In this document: in pieces, positions 1 to 8,242 of the stretch
Layout: each line of letters starts with the position of its first letter
How positions within the stretch are numbered: position 1 is the first letter of the stretch
Virus record (IMG/VR): IMGVR_UViG_3300037127_000016
Location: 1-42,857 of that record
Origin: a virus
Lineage: Duplodnaviria; Caudoviricetes
Direction: 5' to 3' (one strand)
DNA: 42,857 bases
The notes under the pieces: generated by a model
Seen by the model: the letters and a program-made list of their open reading frames with translations, nothing else
Database searches by the model: none
What the model was told of the DNA's origin: nothing
Position numbers and translations under genes: made by a program

Positions 1-127
1 CTCCTCGTTCTGGGCGTTTTCGCGCCTGGAGTTGACGACCTGCACGGATAGCGTCTGACCGTTGACTTCGCGATATGGAGATCCGCCAGCCTGCAGAATC
101 AGATCCGGGTTCCAGGACACCGTCGGC
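1..127. repeat. 127-bp terminal direct repeat, copy 1 (circular assembly overlap)
   Basis: 1-127 is identical to 42731-42857 and an ORF continues in frame across the junction. A length of 127 is typical of an assembler k-mer overlap. Confidence 0.97.
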
Positions 128-1095
128 GGCTGTGCGCTGATCACTCGGTTCTCGGTGGAGATCGGCACCGTTCCGCGCTCGCGTTGCTCGGTGTTCAACG
201 CGGCGAGCTGGGCGACGACAAACTCCAGCTCCAGGGCGGGCGAGTCGGCCGGCGCCAGATATGTGTGATTGGTGTCGTTTCTGAGACCGATCACCGACGT
301 GAATGCGGACTCGGCACCCTGGCCGGTGGCGAATGCGGCGATCGGCTGAAACCAGTTGTTCTCGGTGTTCCAGCGGGTATCGCGCCAGGTGGCCAGCGAG
401 TCGAGAAACGCGGTATTGACTTGGTTGTGCAGATACCACAGGTGCGTGGTCTGCCCGAGGTTGGTGGTATCGAGCGCGGCGGCTTCGCCGGTGGCCACGG
501 CGTTGTTGACGACGGCCACCGTGATGCCCGGGACGCCGTTCTCGCCGCGATCCGAGTACTTATCGACCGACACGTCGATCCGGTTGGTGGCGAGACCGAC
601 GAGAGTGGTGGTCGCGGTCACGACGTTGGTCACGACGCCCGACGTCCACGGCACCGAGGACGGTGCGCCGTTGATCGCCGCGTCGATGGCGGCGGCGACT
701 GCGTCCTGGTCCTGGCCCTTGGTCACGGCGACCGGCAACGTGTCCGAACCGAGGCGAAGGAACAGAGTGCCGCTCTCCGTGGCCGTGCCGGCGGCGACGG
801 TCAGGGTGTAGTTGTTCGATGTCCAGCCGGTGGCGTCGAGGCCGAGCGCGAACAAGCCGATGTAGTTGTTGAGGCCGAGCTCGAAGTACTTCCGCGCCGC
901 TCGGGTGCCCTGTGACACATCGAGCGGACCGAAAAACGAGACCGCGTCGGCCAGTGTATTGATTGCCACAGTCTCGCCAGCCGACCCGCCGGCCCCCGCT
1001 CCGAGCTCCGCGCACAGTAGCGCAGTCTCTGGCAGGTCGCCGGCTACGGGTGCGAACCCGAGGCTGACCGTGGTTCGTGGTGCTGTGATTGTCAC
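1..1095 (-). CDS. Contractile tail sheath protein (Mu gpL-like), 5' part; continues across the origin to 42362 (~487 aa total)
   Basis: Not in the ORF track because it is open at the window edge. GTG at 1095 follows an AAGGAG RBS and reads MTITAPRTTVSLGFAP...TATESGTLFLRLGSDTLPVAVTKGQDQDAVAAAIDAAING, in frame with ORF 42362..42850. It lies directly upstream of the tube and tape measure genes. Confidence 0.85.
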   Translation of the reverse strand, partial: MTITAPRTTVSLGFAPVAGDLPETALLCAELGAGAGGSAGETVAINTLADAVSFFGPLDVSQGTRAARKYFELGLNNYIGLFALGLDATGWTSNNYTLTVAAGTATESGTLFLRLGSDTLPVAVTKGQDQDAVAAAIDAAINGAPSSVPWTSGVVTNVVTATTTLVGLATNRIDVSVDKYSDRGENGVPGITVAVVNNAVATGEAAALDTTNLGQTTHLWYLHNQVNTAFLDSLATWRDTRWNTENNWFQPIAAFATGQGAESAFTSVIGLRNDTNHTYLAPADSPALELEFVVAQLAALNTEQRERGTVPISTENRVISAQPPTVSWNPDLILQAGGSPYREVNGQTLSVQVVNSRRENAQNEE

Positions 1096-1106
1096 ACGTC
1101 GCTCCT

Positions 1107-1862
1107 TTACGGTGCGCTGATGACCAGCGCGGTGAGGTTGGAGAGGTTGCCCGCGATCCGTGCACGGTACTCGCCCGGCGTTGTCACGTTCCAGAATGTG
1201 GTCTTGTTGCTGCCTGGATCGACGACGGGCTCTGTCTGCACAACGTTCCCGCCGCTGTCGAGGAGTTCAACGTCGTCGCCAATTTCAGCGTTGGCGTAGA
1301 TGAACACGAGAGTAGCGGGCGCTTGGATTGCGGATAGCGTCTCTGGTTCGACGCTCTTGGCGGTCTGCACCGATGTTGCCGCACCGTGCTCTATCTCGCC
1401 GGTGCTGTCGATGTTGATACCGAGGGCCGGTCCGGGTCGCGAGTCGATGCGGATTGCGTCCTTCGAACGGATCACGCGTACCATTGCGTTGAACGAGCCG
1501 CCCCTGCCTCCCTCGAGCTGGCCCCGGTCGTATGTCGCCCCGTCACCATGTAGCGCTGCGAGTTCGTCGTTGGCGTCGATGCGACCCAGTGCCGCCTGTA
1601 GCAACGCTTCGGACCGACGGAAGCACAGTTCAGGATTTGCGGCGTGGACGAATGCCGTCACCTCGAGCTGAAGCGTACCGGTCGCCCCGGCCCGTCGGTT
1701 GCCCCTCTCGCTGTCGATCACGATGGCGATATCCAACCACGTTGTGTTTTCGGCAGTGTCGAGGATTGGCGCACTTCCGACCGTCAACTGGTCTGACAGT
1801 CCGGCGCACGCGTTGCGCGCCTCAATATGCCATAGGTCGATCTGTGATTGGATGTCGAGCAC
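1107..1862 (-). CDS. Putative tail completion/terminator protein with a C-terminal Ig-like extension
   Basis: Sits immediately upstream of the sheath gene. The N-terminal ~135 aa has the size and beta-rich pattern of tail terminators. The C-terminal 69 aa resembles the C-terminus of 2461..3372. Confidence 0.5.
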   Translation of the reverse strand: MLDIQSQIDLWHIEARNACAGLSDQLTVGSAPILDTAENTTWLDIAIVIDSERGNRRAGATGTLQLEVTAFVHAANPELCFRRSEALLQAALGRIDANDELAALHGDGATYDRGQLEGGRGGSFNAMVRVIRSKDAIRIDSRPGPALGINIDSTGEIEHGAATSVQTAKSVEPETLSAIQAPATLVFIYANAEIGDDVELLDSGGNVVQTEPVVDPGSNKTTFWNVTTPGEYRARIAGNLSNLTALVISAP

Positions 1863-1865
1863 GAG

Positions 1866-1988
1866 TTACTGTTCCTCGGTGTTCTCGGTCGGCGGTGCGG
1901 ACTGTTTCTTGTCGTCGTCTTGCGCGCTCGGTGGCGGTGGCGGTGGCGGTGTCGTGGGGTTCTTGACGTCCTCGTTGTTGGTACTCAT
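1866..1988 (-). CDS. Small Pro-rich acidic protein, 40 aa (position of Mu gp38-like small genes)
   Basis: ATGA overlap with the stop of 1985..2464. Reads MSTNNEDVKNPTTPPPPPPPSAQDDDKKQSAPPTENTEEQ* and fills the gap almost exactly. Confidence 0.55.
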   Translation of the reverse strand: MSTNNEDVKNPTTPPPPPPPSAQDDDKKQSAPPTENTEEQ

Positions 1989-2464
1989 CTGCGGCGCTCC
2001 AGTGCGTCGAGGCGTCGATTGGTTTCGCGCTGATGTGCGGTGTAGTCCAGCAGGCGCCTGTCCAGGTTCTGGTGGTATCGGTCCACCGCTTCATCTTTGC
2101 GCTCACAGCGACCGACGCGCTCGTGTAGGTCTGGCAGCTGGCGATCAAGCTTGTCCGACATCTCGGAGACTGTTCGGCGAAGAGTGCGGTTCTCTTCCTG
2201 CATCTCGTTCAACTGCTGGACAACGGCGTCCAGCTTTGTGGCGTCTACAGCATCGCGACGGGGCAATGCGTAGATACCGGCCATGATCGTCGAGATGATC
2301 GTAGCCACGACAGCGACCAGAGTAACGAGCGGATGCCGTGCAAGCTTCGCGGGAAGTTGCGGGATCTGATCGGGTGCAATCTGAATCCCGGCGTTGCTGA
2401 TGTCGGGTGCCGGTTCCGGTGGCATCGGTGGCACAGTCGGAACGCGTGGCGTTTGCTGGGTCAT
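1985..2464 (-). CDS. Single-pass membrane protein with coiled coil (possible holin or i-spanin-like lysis protein)
   Basis: TM segment LVTLVAVVATIISTIMAGIYAL followed by a heptad-rich C-terminus. ATGA-coupled to both neighbours. Confidence 0.5.
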   Translation of the reverse strand: MTQQTPRVPTVPPMPPEPAPDISNAGIQIAPDQIPQLPAKLARHPLVTLVAVVATIISTIMAGIYALPRRDAVDATKLDAVVQQLNEMQEENRTLRRTVSEMSDKLDRQLPDLHERVGRCERKDEAVDRYHQNLDRRLLDYTAHQRETNRRLDALERRR

Positions 2465-3372
2465 ATGTCGTTCACCACGGAGATGGGTTGTGAGCGGTAT
2501 CCGCGATGAACCAGCGTGTATTCCCCAGCGAGCAGCCCCGTGGCAGTCGAGGGACCCGCGACGGGGTTGGACTGAATCTCGACATCATTCTGGTCGCGAA
2601 CGCTGATATTGTCGCCGGCGAAAGCTCCATAGAACGTGTAGTCAATGTCTGCTGGCGCGCTCTGGTCACCGACGACGGCCCAGTCGACGCGCGGCCAGGC
2701 TGGGTTCCATGCTCCGTTCGTCCAGTAGGTGACCATCAAGCGAAGACTGCGCGCATTGCCTGGGCCGTCGATGCCTGGGCCGCCAACGCGCACTAATGTT
2801 TCGGGCGCGCCGGATAGATTACCTGCCATGAACGCAACCTGGATCGAGAGCGCGTCAAGCGCCTCAGTGACTGAGTAGTACGCGCCTCCGCCATCGTTTC
2901 GCAGGTTGCCAGATGGCGATACTGTGCCGTGGATATCCTGGCCCGTCTGCAGTTCCCATGGAACCTCAATGATCAGGTCGAAGTTTTCAGCCAGAGGGTT
3001 TGTGTTCAGCCACGCCAGCGCGATTTCCATGCTGACCATGCGGCCCATGCGACTCCATTGCCCGCTGGCAATCGAGACATCGGCGACCGGCACGCCTCGG
3101 ATGATCGTCATGGTGTTGAGGCCTGGGCCTTGACGCTGCTCGAAGGCCTGGGCCAACTGGTGGACGTCGTCGACCTGTGGCGCCTGGCCCAGGGCGAGCA
3201 ACTGATTGCGCATTTCTTCGGTGAGCGCGTTCAGGTGAGCCGCATGCAGCGTTGTTTGTGGCCCGGTTGGGTATCCGTTGAACGTGCCCCCCGGCCCCGG
3301 AAGCGGATCAGTCGCTGGCCGAATGCCGGTGCTGCCGTCCGACCGCGTATTGATGTCTCGTGCTCTATCCAT
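2461..3372 (-). CDS. Tail fibre / receptor-binding protein (Mu gp49-type N-terminus)
   Basis: Probable start ATG at 3372 (MDRARD). TTLHAAHLNALTEEMRNQLLALGQAPQVDDVHQLAQA matches the Mu-type fibre attachment motif, and GQWSRMGRMVSMEI is typical of fibre domains. Confidence 0.65.
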   Translation of the reverse strand: MDRARDINTRSDGSTGIRPATDPLPGPGGTFNGYPTGPQTTLHAAHLNALTEEMRNQLLALGQAPQVDDVHQLAQAFEQRQGPGLNTMTIIRGVPVADVSIASGQWSRMGRMVSMEIALAWLNTNPLAENFDLIIEVPWELQTGQDIHGTVSPSGNLRNDGGGAYYSVTEALDALSIQVAFMAGNLSGAPETLVRVGGPGIDGPGNARSLRLMVTYWTNGAWNPAWPRVDWAVVGDQSAPADIDYTFYGAFAGDNISVRDQNDVEIQSNPVAGPSTATGLLAGEYTLVHRGYRSQPISVVNDI

Positions 3373-3385
3373 GGTCGGGTCCCGG

Positions 3386-3742
3386 TCACACGAGCTCAGA
3401 AGACAGAGACAGGCGTAGAATGCTGCCATCCGTCGAGAGGCCGATAATCTTGTACGATTTGCCATCGCTGGTGAGTGTTCCGTGTTCGTAGGCTTGCTTT
3501 GGTAGGTCAGCGACGTCAAGGTCAGCTCTGGGGACCTTGGCCCATGTATCGGCGTGCACATACAGGGCATCATCGCCGAGGTCATCGAGTCGCGAGCGCG
3601 CGTGGAGTATCACGTTGTCGAGCTGAAACACGACGCTGTTGACATTCGTGATCGTCGTCGTCGCCGTGATGCTCGACCCGGCCGTTGCCGTTCCGAAAAC
3701 AGCGTCGTTCAACCGAGCCTCTATGTCAGCACGTAGGGGCAT
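3386..3742 (-). CDS. Head-tail joining protein (gpFII-like)
   Basis: 118 aa, located after the capsid and cement genes. C-terminal pattern GTLTSDGKSYKIIGLSTDG...L.L. Confidence 0.55.
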   Translation of the reverse strand: MPLRADIEARLNDAVFGTATAGSSITATTTITNVNSVVFQLDNVILHARSRLDDLGDDALYVHADTWAKVPRADLDVADLPKQAYEHGTLTSDGKSYKIIGLSTDGSILRLSLSSELV

Positions 3743-3764
3743 GAGCTGATTGGATGTCGTGCGA

Positions 3765-4484
3765 CTAGAACGCCGCCAGAGTGCCTTCGATGATGAGCTT
3801 GCCGCCGTCGATGTTCTCGACCGCGATTCGCATGATGAGGTTCCCGGCGATCGCGATATTGGAGTTCAGCGCGTTCGGGCTGCTGCCGTTCAGCGTGGTG
3901 ATCACGGTGCCGGCCAGGACCTCGGCACCGGTGCCGGCAGAGTCACCCAACGAGATCGTCGCCAGGTCACCGCCGCTGTTCGAGGTCAGGCCGGATGCGC
4001 GGAGACTGCCGCTCACCAGGGTGACCGGACCGAGGTCGAGGACAACGTCGCCGATGACCCCGAAGGGCAGCGTCTCGGCCTTGGAAAAGTCGAGGGTCAT
4101 GAGGAGTGTGGTCGCATCACGACCGCAGCAGTTGAAGAACACGCAACCCTGCACGTCGTTGGCCGGCTTGACCTCCATGACGTGGCCGAGCTTCTGATCC
4201 GTGGCATCGAGTCCGATCTTGCCGGTCACCCGGTTGTAGTAGATCGATGCGCCAACCGTCGGCCATGCTTCGCCCGCGTAGGTGGCGGACTCGCCCGCGG
4301 GGGATGGGTTGGTGCCATCGACGCGACCCTGCAGATGAACGGTCACGATCTCGCCCTCGGCGGCCGATGAGTCCGTCCATCCGACGGGCCCGCCGGGCGT
4401 GACTTCGACGATCTCGTTGGCCACGAGGTCGCGGGGGGCAATGATCATCTGGCGAAATGCCAGCTGCTGAATGTGGTTTGACAT
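3765..4484 (-). CDS. DUF2190-like capsid cement/decoration protein with an extra C-terminal domain
   Basis: Follows the capsid gene. MSNHIQQ...APRDLVANEIV...VGWTDSSAAEGEIVTVHLQG...VGASIYYN pattern, plus ~110 additional residues. Confidence 0.65.
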   Translation of the reverse strand: MSNHIQQLAFRQMIIAPRDLVANEIVEVTPGGPVGWTDSSAAEGEIVTVHLQGRVDGTNPSPAGESATYAGEAWPTVGASIYYNRVTGKIGLDATDQKLGHVMEVKPANDVQGCVFFNCCGRDATTLLMTLDFSKAETLPFGVIGDVVLDLGPVTLVSGSLRASGLTSNSGGDLATISLGDSAGTGAEVLAGTVITTLNGSSPNALNSNIAIAGNLIMRIAVENIDGGKLIIEGTLAAF

Positions 4485-4541
4485 GTCTGTCCTCGTGTGA
4501 GCGGTGGTCGGTCGTTACGGGTGCGAGCGTGAACTTGACAA

Positions 4542-6659
4542 CTACGGCGGCGGTGCCTGGGAGACCTCGAAACCGGTGTTCTTGACGTAATCGACGACCC
4601 ATGTGGTCTCGAGCTTGATCGCCTGGCCGGATACGCGATCGACCGGCGCTTCCGCGATGGTCACGCGGCGCTCGCGACCGGAGACGCGGCCCCACGCCAT
4701 GGGGTCCTGGGGTCCCAAGGGACGATAGTAGGTGTTCGGCGTAGTGGTGCCCAGGTGCAGGAGTTCGAACCGGTTCTCGTACAGTGTCTGAACGAACGGC
4801 GTCCGGATCACCTCCGAGCGAGTCTCGCCCGCGCCCACCGTGGTCAGAATCGGGGTCGCGTACTCGAGCCACGCTTGCTCGGCGGCCACACCGTAGTGAA
4901 TCGCTGTCGGAACCATGTCCATGGTGACGGACTGCGGCTCGCTGGACTTGAGTTGCTTGTTCTCGTCGGCGACCGGAACCGTACCGATCGCCGCGATCTT
5001 GATGCCCTGGATGAAGGCCGCGAAAGCCAGCGGATCAGCCACCTCGACCTTGTAGATTCCCTGGTAGCCGTTGCTCTGGTAGCCAGCGACCAGCCTTTCC
5101 ACCCAGATCCGGGTCTCCTGCTCAGCGACATACGCACCGATCAGGTTCGGCAGCTGTGCCAGGACTCCCACGCGATCATTGGCGATCGCGCGGTCGTCGA
5201 TCCGGAGGAGACCGCCATACTGATCCGCCTCGAGAAAGAAGCCCGCGTCGATCGTCTTGAAGATCGACAGCTCGGCAGAGGTCGACAGCGGCTTCCAGTT
5301 GGCCGCCACGTCCCATCGAGCCACGTAGGTCTTGCGGAAGTCATCCAGCTGCACGCGGTTGCCCATGAGCGATTCTGGCATCATGACGCGCGAGTGACCG
5401 GCCTCGATCGCGAGGTTGACCGTGTCGCGGTAGACCTCCGGCAACTCGTCCGGCCCGAGGCCGCCGGCGGCGGCACTGCGCTTGCGGAGAGTCTCGACGA
5501 TGGCCAACCGGCCGTCGTTCGTGTAGCCCTCGGTCTCGATGCCCAGTGAGCGAGCGGCGTCCGTCAGGAAACCGATCGCTGGGCGGTTAATGTCGATCCC
5601 GCGCTTGGCGGCCTCGGCGATGTATTCCTGGCGCTTGCGGTCGTTCTTGGGCAGCCCGCGCGCCAGCACCATGATCTGCATATCTCGCAGTGCCTTGCCC
5701 GCGTTGGGCGTGCCACCGGTGGCACCGGGGACACCCGTCGGAGTCGGAATCCGACCAGGCTTCTTGGCCTCGCCGGCCGCGTCTGCCATGCGGATCAGCT
5801 GCGCCAGAGAATCGGGGTCGCCGTCGGCTCTCTCACGCATGTCGGTGGCGCGCTCCATGCCGAATGTGCCCGCGGCATCGACTACCATGTCGTTGAAGCG
5901 CTTGCGCCTCTCGGCAGCCTCGATCGCGGCGCGTTGCTCCTGCTCGGCAGCAGTCTGTGCGGCGCGCTCCTGGGTGATTGCGGCTTTCACTGCCGCGTCG
6001 ATTTGCCGCTGCATGTCGGCGGGGTTGTCTTTGTCAGTGCGGAGTTCGGGCGGCATGTGCGGCTCTTCCTTGCTTCGAGAAAATCCAGAGTGTAGATCGG
6101 CTTGGAGGCCCACTACGGAGCCCTCGCCGATGTCTTCGAGTTTTGCGGTGTACTGCGCGCGTTTCGTTCGCGTCGCTTCGGACACGAGCGTCAGGGATCC
6201 TGCCTTCGTGGAGAATCCCGCTGACAGTGGTTCGAGAACGCCTCGGTGAATCGGTCCGATAAGGTCGCGCCCTCGTTCGTCGATGGCCAGCGCCGGGTCG
6301 AGTAGGAACTCGGCCGTGATGACATTGACCGACCGGCGCTTCTCTGCACGGAAGTCGTGCATTTTTCCGATGACCTGGCCAACATTCGAGCGTACATCCA
6401 CGAACAGGTCGCCAGAGTTGCCGTGATTGATGAGGGTGCTACGACCGCCGTTACCGCGCTTCCGGATGCGCCTGACGGTGCTCTCGTCGAAGGTCACGGA
6501 CAGATCAGCGGGTTCGCCATTGATCCGGTGCATCACGGGCGCATCCGAGAACACGACACCGCGCACGACCAACACGCCATCGTCACGGATAACGCCCACG
6601 GTCGGGGTACTGGACAGGTCTGCGCCGTCTGCGCGCAGAAACTCGACCCTGTGGGCCAT
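4542..6659 (-). CDS. Prohead protease-scaffold-major capsid fusion protein
   Basis: N-terminal protease motifs LINHG, LSAGF and EGSVVGLQAD; a charged helical linker; C-terminal capsid motifs VQLDDFR and YGGLLRIDDRAIANDRVG. Start placed at ATG 6659, just after the portal stop. Confidence 0.85.
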   Translation of the reverse strand: MAHRVEFLRADGADLSSTPTVGVIRDDGVLVVRGVVFSDAPVMHRINGEPADLSVTFDESTVRRIRKRGNGGRSTLINHGNSGDLFVDVRSNVGQVIGKMHDFRAEKRRSVNVITAEFLLDPALAIDERGRDLIGPIHRGVLEPLSAGFSTKAGSLTLVSEATRTKRAQYTAKLEDIGEGSVVGLQADLHSGFSRSKEEPHMPPELRTDKDNPADMQRQIDAAVKAAITQERAAQTAAEQEQRAAIEAAERRKRFNDMVVDAAGTFGMERATDMRERADGDPDSLAQLIRMADAAGEAKKPGRIPTPTGVPGATGGTPNAGKALRDMQIMVLARGLPKNDRKRQEYIAEAAKRGIDINRPAIGFLTDAARSLGIETEGYTNDGRLAIVETLRKRSAAAGGLGPDELPEVYRDTVNLAIEAGHSRVMMPESLMGNRVQLDDFRKTYVARWDVAANWKPLSTSAELSIFKTIDAGFFLEADQYGGLLRIDDRAIANDRVGVLAQLPNLIGAYVAEQETRIWVERLVAGYQSNGYQGIYKVEVADPLAFAAFIQGIKIAAIGTVPVADENKQLKSSEPQSVTMDMVPTAIHYGVAAEQAWLEYATPILTTVGAGETRSEVIRTPFVQTLYENRFELLHLGTTTPNTYYRPLGPQDPMAWGRVSGRERRVTIAEAPVDRVSGQAIKLETTWVVDYVKNTGFEVSQAPPP

Positions 6660-6663
6660 GGCA

Positions 6664-8004
6664 TCAGGCTGCAATGTCTTCGCTCCCGTCGTTGTCGGCC
6701 TGGATCTGGCCGTTGGTAACTTCGTAGTCGCGCCCATCACGTTCTATGATTTGGCGCCTGGATACGGTGCCATTGCGCAGATTGATCTCGTCGGCCTGGG
6801 CCGCTTTGAGCTGGTCGGCCTCGAGCGGCTTGCGTGCGCGCCACGTCCATGTCAGTGCGGTCCAGTCGTTGCCAAGTTGGAGCTCACGCTGTAGGAACCA
6901 CATCAGGATCTTCGCCTTCGCGCCCTGCACGTCCGCGCGTTCCACGATGTCTTCGACCGTGCGGCGCTCACGTGCGCTCATCAAACGGGCAGCAGAGAAG
7001 CTGGTATCTGACAGGTCGCCAGTCACCGACTGCACGGGCATGCCGAGACCGGCGGCGACGCGGGCGATACGACTGGCCGGCGTCTGCGTATGACTCGTGG
7101 TCGGTGACCATACGAACTTCTCGATCCCACGAGCGACCATGATCGTATTCTGGTCGAGGTCGCGCGTGTCGTACCCGTCACCGCCTTCGATCGATGGACC
7201 GGTATCCAAGTGGCGGCCCCTAAGTGCTGGGTGTCGGTCGGATGCCAGGGCGATACCAGTGAGCGACGCGCGCAACTCCTCAGAGCCCAGGCGAGCGGCA
7301 TCCGCTCGCGCAACCTCGGCGGCTGGCTTCATCGCTGCCGTACCCCACGAGATCGCCCGTGTTGCGCTGGTATCGTCGGCGATCTCCATGATGTGGAGGT
7401 CACTCGCCGGCAGTAGCACTGGTGCCCAGTCGATCGTGTGGTCGTCCGGGCTGCTGCCCTTGAACCAGATACCGACCAACCGGCCCTCCGCGTTGAACTG
7501 CCAGCCGTCACTTCCTTGGCTGCGATCGATGTCCATGGCGCTAAACGCCTGCAACATCAGGCCATTGCGGTGCGGATCGTCGATGGCGTCCGCGGTCGGC
7601 CGACTCACGATCCTGTGCAGGTACCCGCCGCCCTTGTGCATGAGCGCATGGATCGCGCGGGCGAACACCTGGGTGAGACTGCCGTGCTGGTGTCTGTACC
7701 CGACGTCTGCCGACCACTCGGCAAACCCTCGGGTTGCGATGATGCTGGTCGCGGTCTGCTCACCGTTCGGGCCCTTCGCGCTGGCGTCCATGGTGCCGCG
7801 GATCTCGAACGAGAGCTGGCGAATCGCGTCAGCTACGAAGGATTCGTTCCGCCCCTGGTGGAGCGCGCGCCGTGTCACGCGGTCGCCTTCAATGCGACGC
7901 AGTGCACCGGTCTGCATGGACGGCGGCCGATCATTGACGGTCGTGCTCGCGTCGTATCCAGGCTCAGCGTGCCGGACCATGGCGACTGTGGCGGATGCGT
8001 TCAC
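6664..8004 (-). CDS. Portal protein, lambda family
   Basis: GYDAS at the N-terminus, RVAAGLGMPVQSVTGDLSDTSFSAAR, and DQLKAAQADEINLRNGTVSRRQIIERDGRD. The GTG start at 8004 overlaps the gpW-like stop. Confidence 0.9.
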   Translation of the reverse strand: MNASATVAMVRHAEPGYDASTTVNDRPPSMQTGALRRIEGDRVTRRALHQGRNESFVADAIRQLSFEIRGTMDASAKGPNGEQTATSIIATRGFAEWSADVGYRHQHGSLTQVFARAIHALMHKGGGYLHRIVSRPTADAIDDPHRNGLMLQAFSAMDIDRSQGSDGWQFNAEGRLVGIWFKGSSPDDHTIDWAPVLLPASDLHIMEIADDTSATRAISWGTAAMKPAAEVARADAARLGSEELRASLTGIALASDRHPALRGRHLDTGPSIEGGDGYDTRDLDQNTIMVARGIEKFVWSPTTSHTQTPASRIARVAAGLGMPVQSVTGDLSDTSFSAARLMSARERRTVEDIVERADVQGAKAKILMWFLQRELQLGNDWTALTWTWRARKPLEADQLKAAQADEINLRNGTVSRRQIIERDGRDYEVTNGQIQADNDGSEDIAA

Positions 8005-8201
8005 AGTCGCCGCTTCTTCGGTTTGAGGACCAAAGCCCGCTGACGACTTCCGTTCGCGTCGGCTTCCAGGTCCGAACACAGCGAAATCGCGTCTGTGATC
8101 TCGCTGATGTCGCGCTCTTCTACCTCGCGGCCGTCTTCGCCGCGGATCTTCTTCGGGCGTGACAGTGCGTCGGCGATGATCTCCAGGGGACTACCGGCCA
8201 T
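8001..8201 (-). CDS. gpW-like head-tail adaptor
   Basis: 66 aa between TerL and portal; motif KIRGEDGREVEERDISEITDAI. Confidence 0.7.
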   Translation of the reverse strand: MAGSPLEIIADALSRPKKIRGEDGREVEERDISEITDAISLCSDLEADANGSRQRALVLKPKKRRL

Positions 8202-8242
8202 TGGCTGCCCCCTGTGGTCTGGATTCTACATGATCACTCTCG

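Noticed and set aside
1-127. 127-bp repeat as a biological terminal repeat or att site
   Set aside because: It falls mid-gene in the sheath and its length matches a common assembler k-mer, so it is an assembly overlap.
1930-1950. GGTGGC tandem repeat
   Set aside because: It simply encodes a poly-Pro tract; a similar tract occurs at the TerL C-terminus.
2461-3585. Track start at 3585, giving an apparent lipobox (CLLSSC)
   Set aside because: It overlaps gene 3386..3742 by 200 bp, and the fibre motif starts at ATG 3372.
184-8043. Long plus-strand ORFs (e.g. 184..915, 4755..5549, 7097..8026)
   Set aside because: Antisense shadows of GC3-biased structural genes, with no motifs or RBS.
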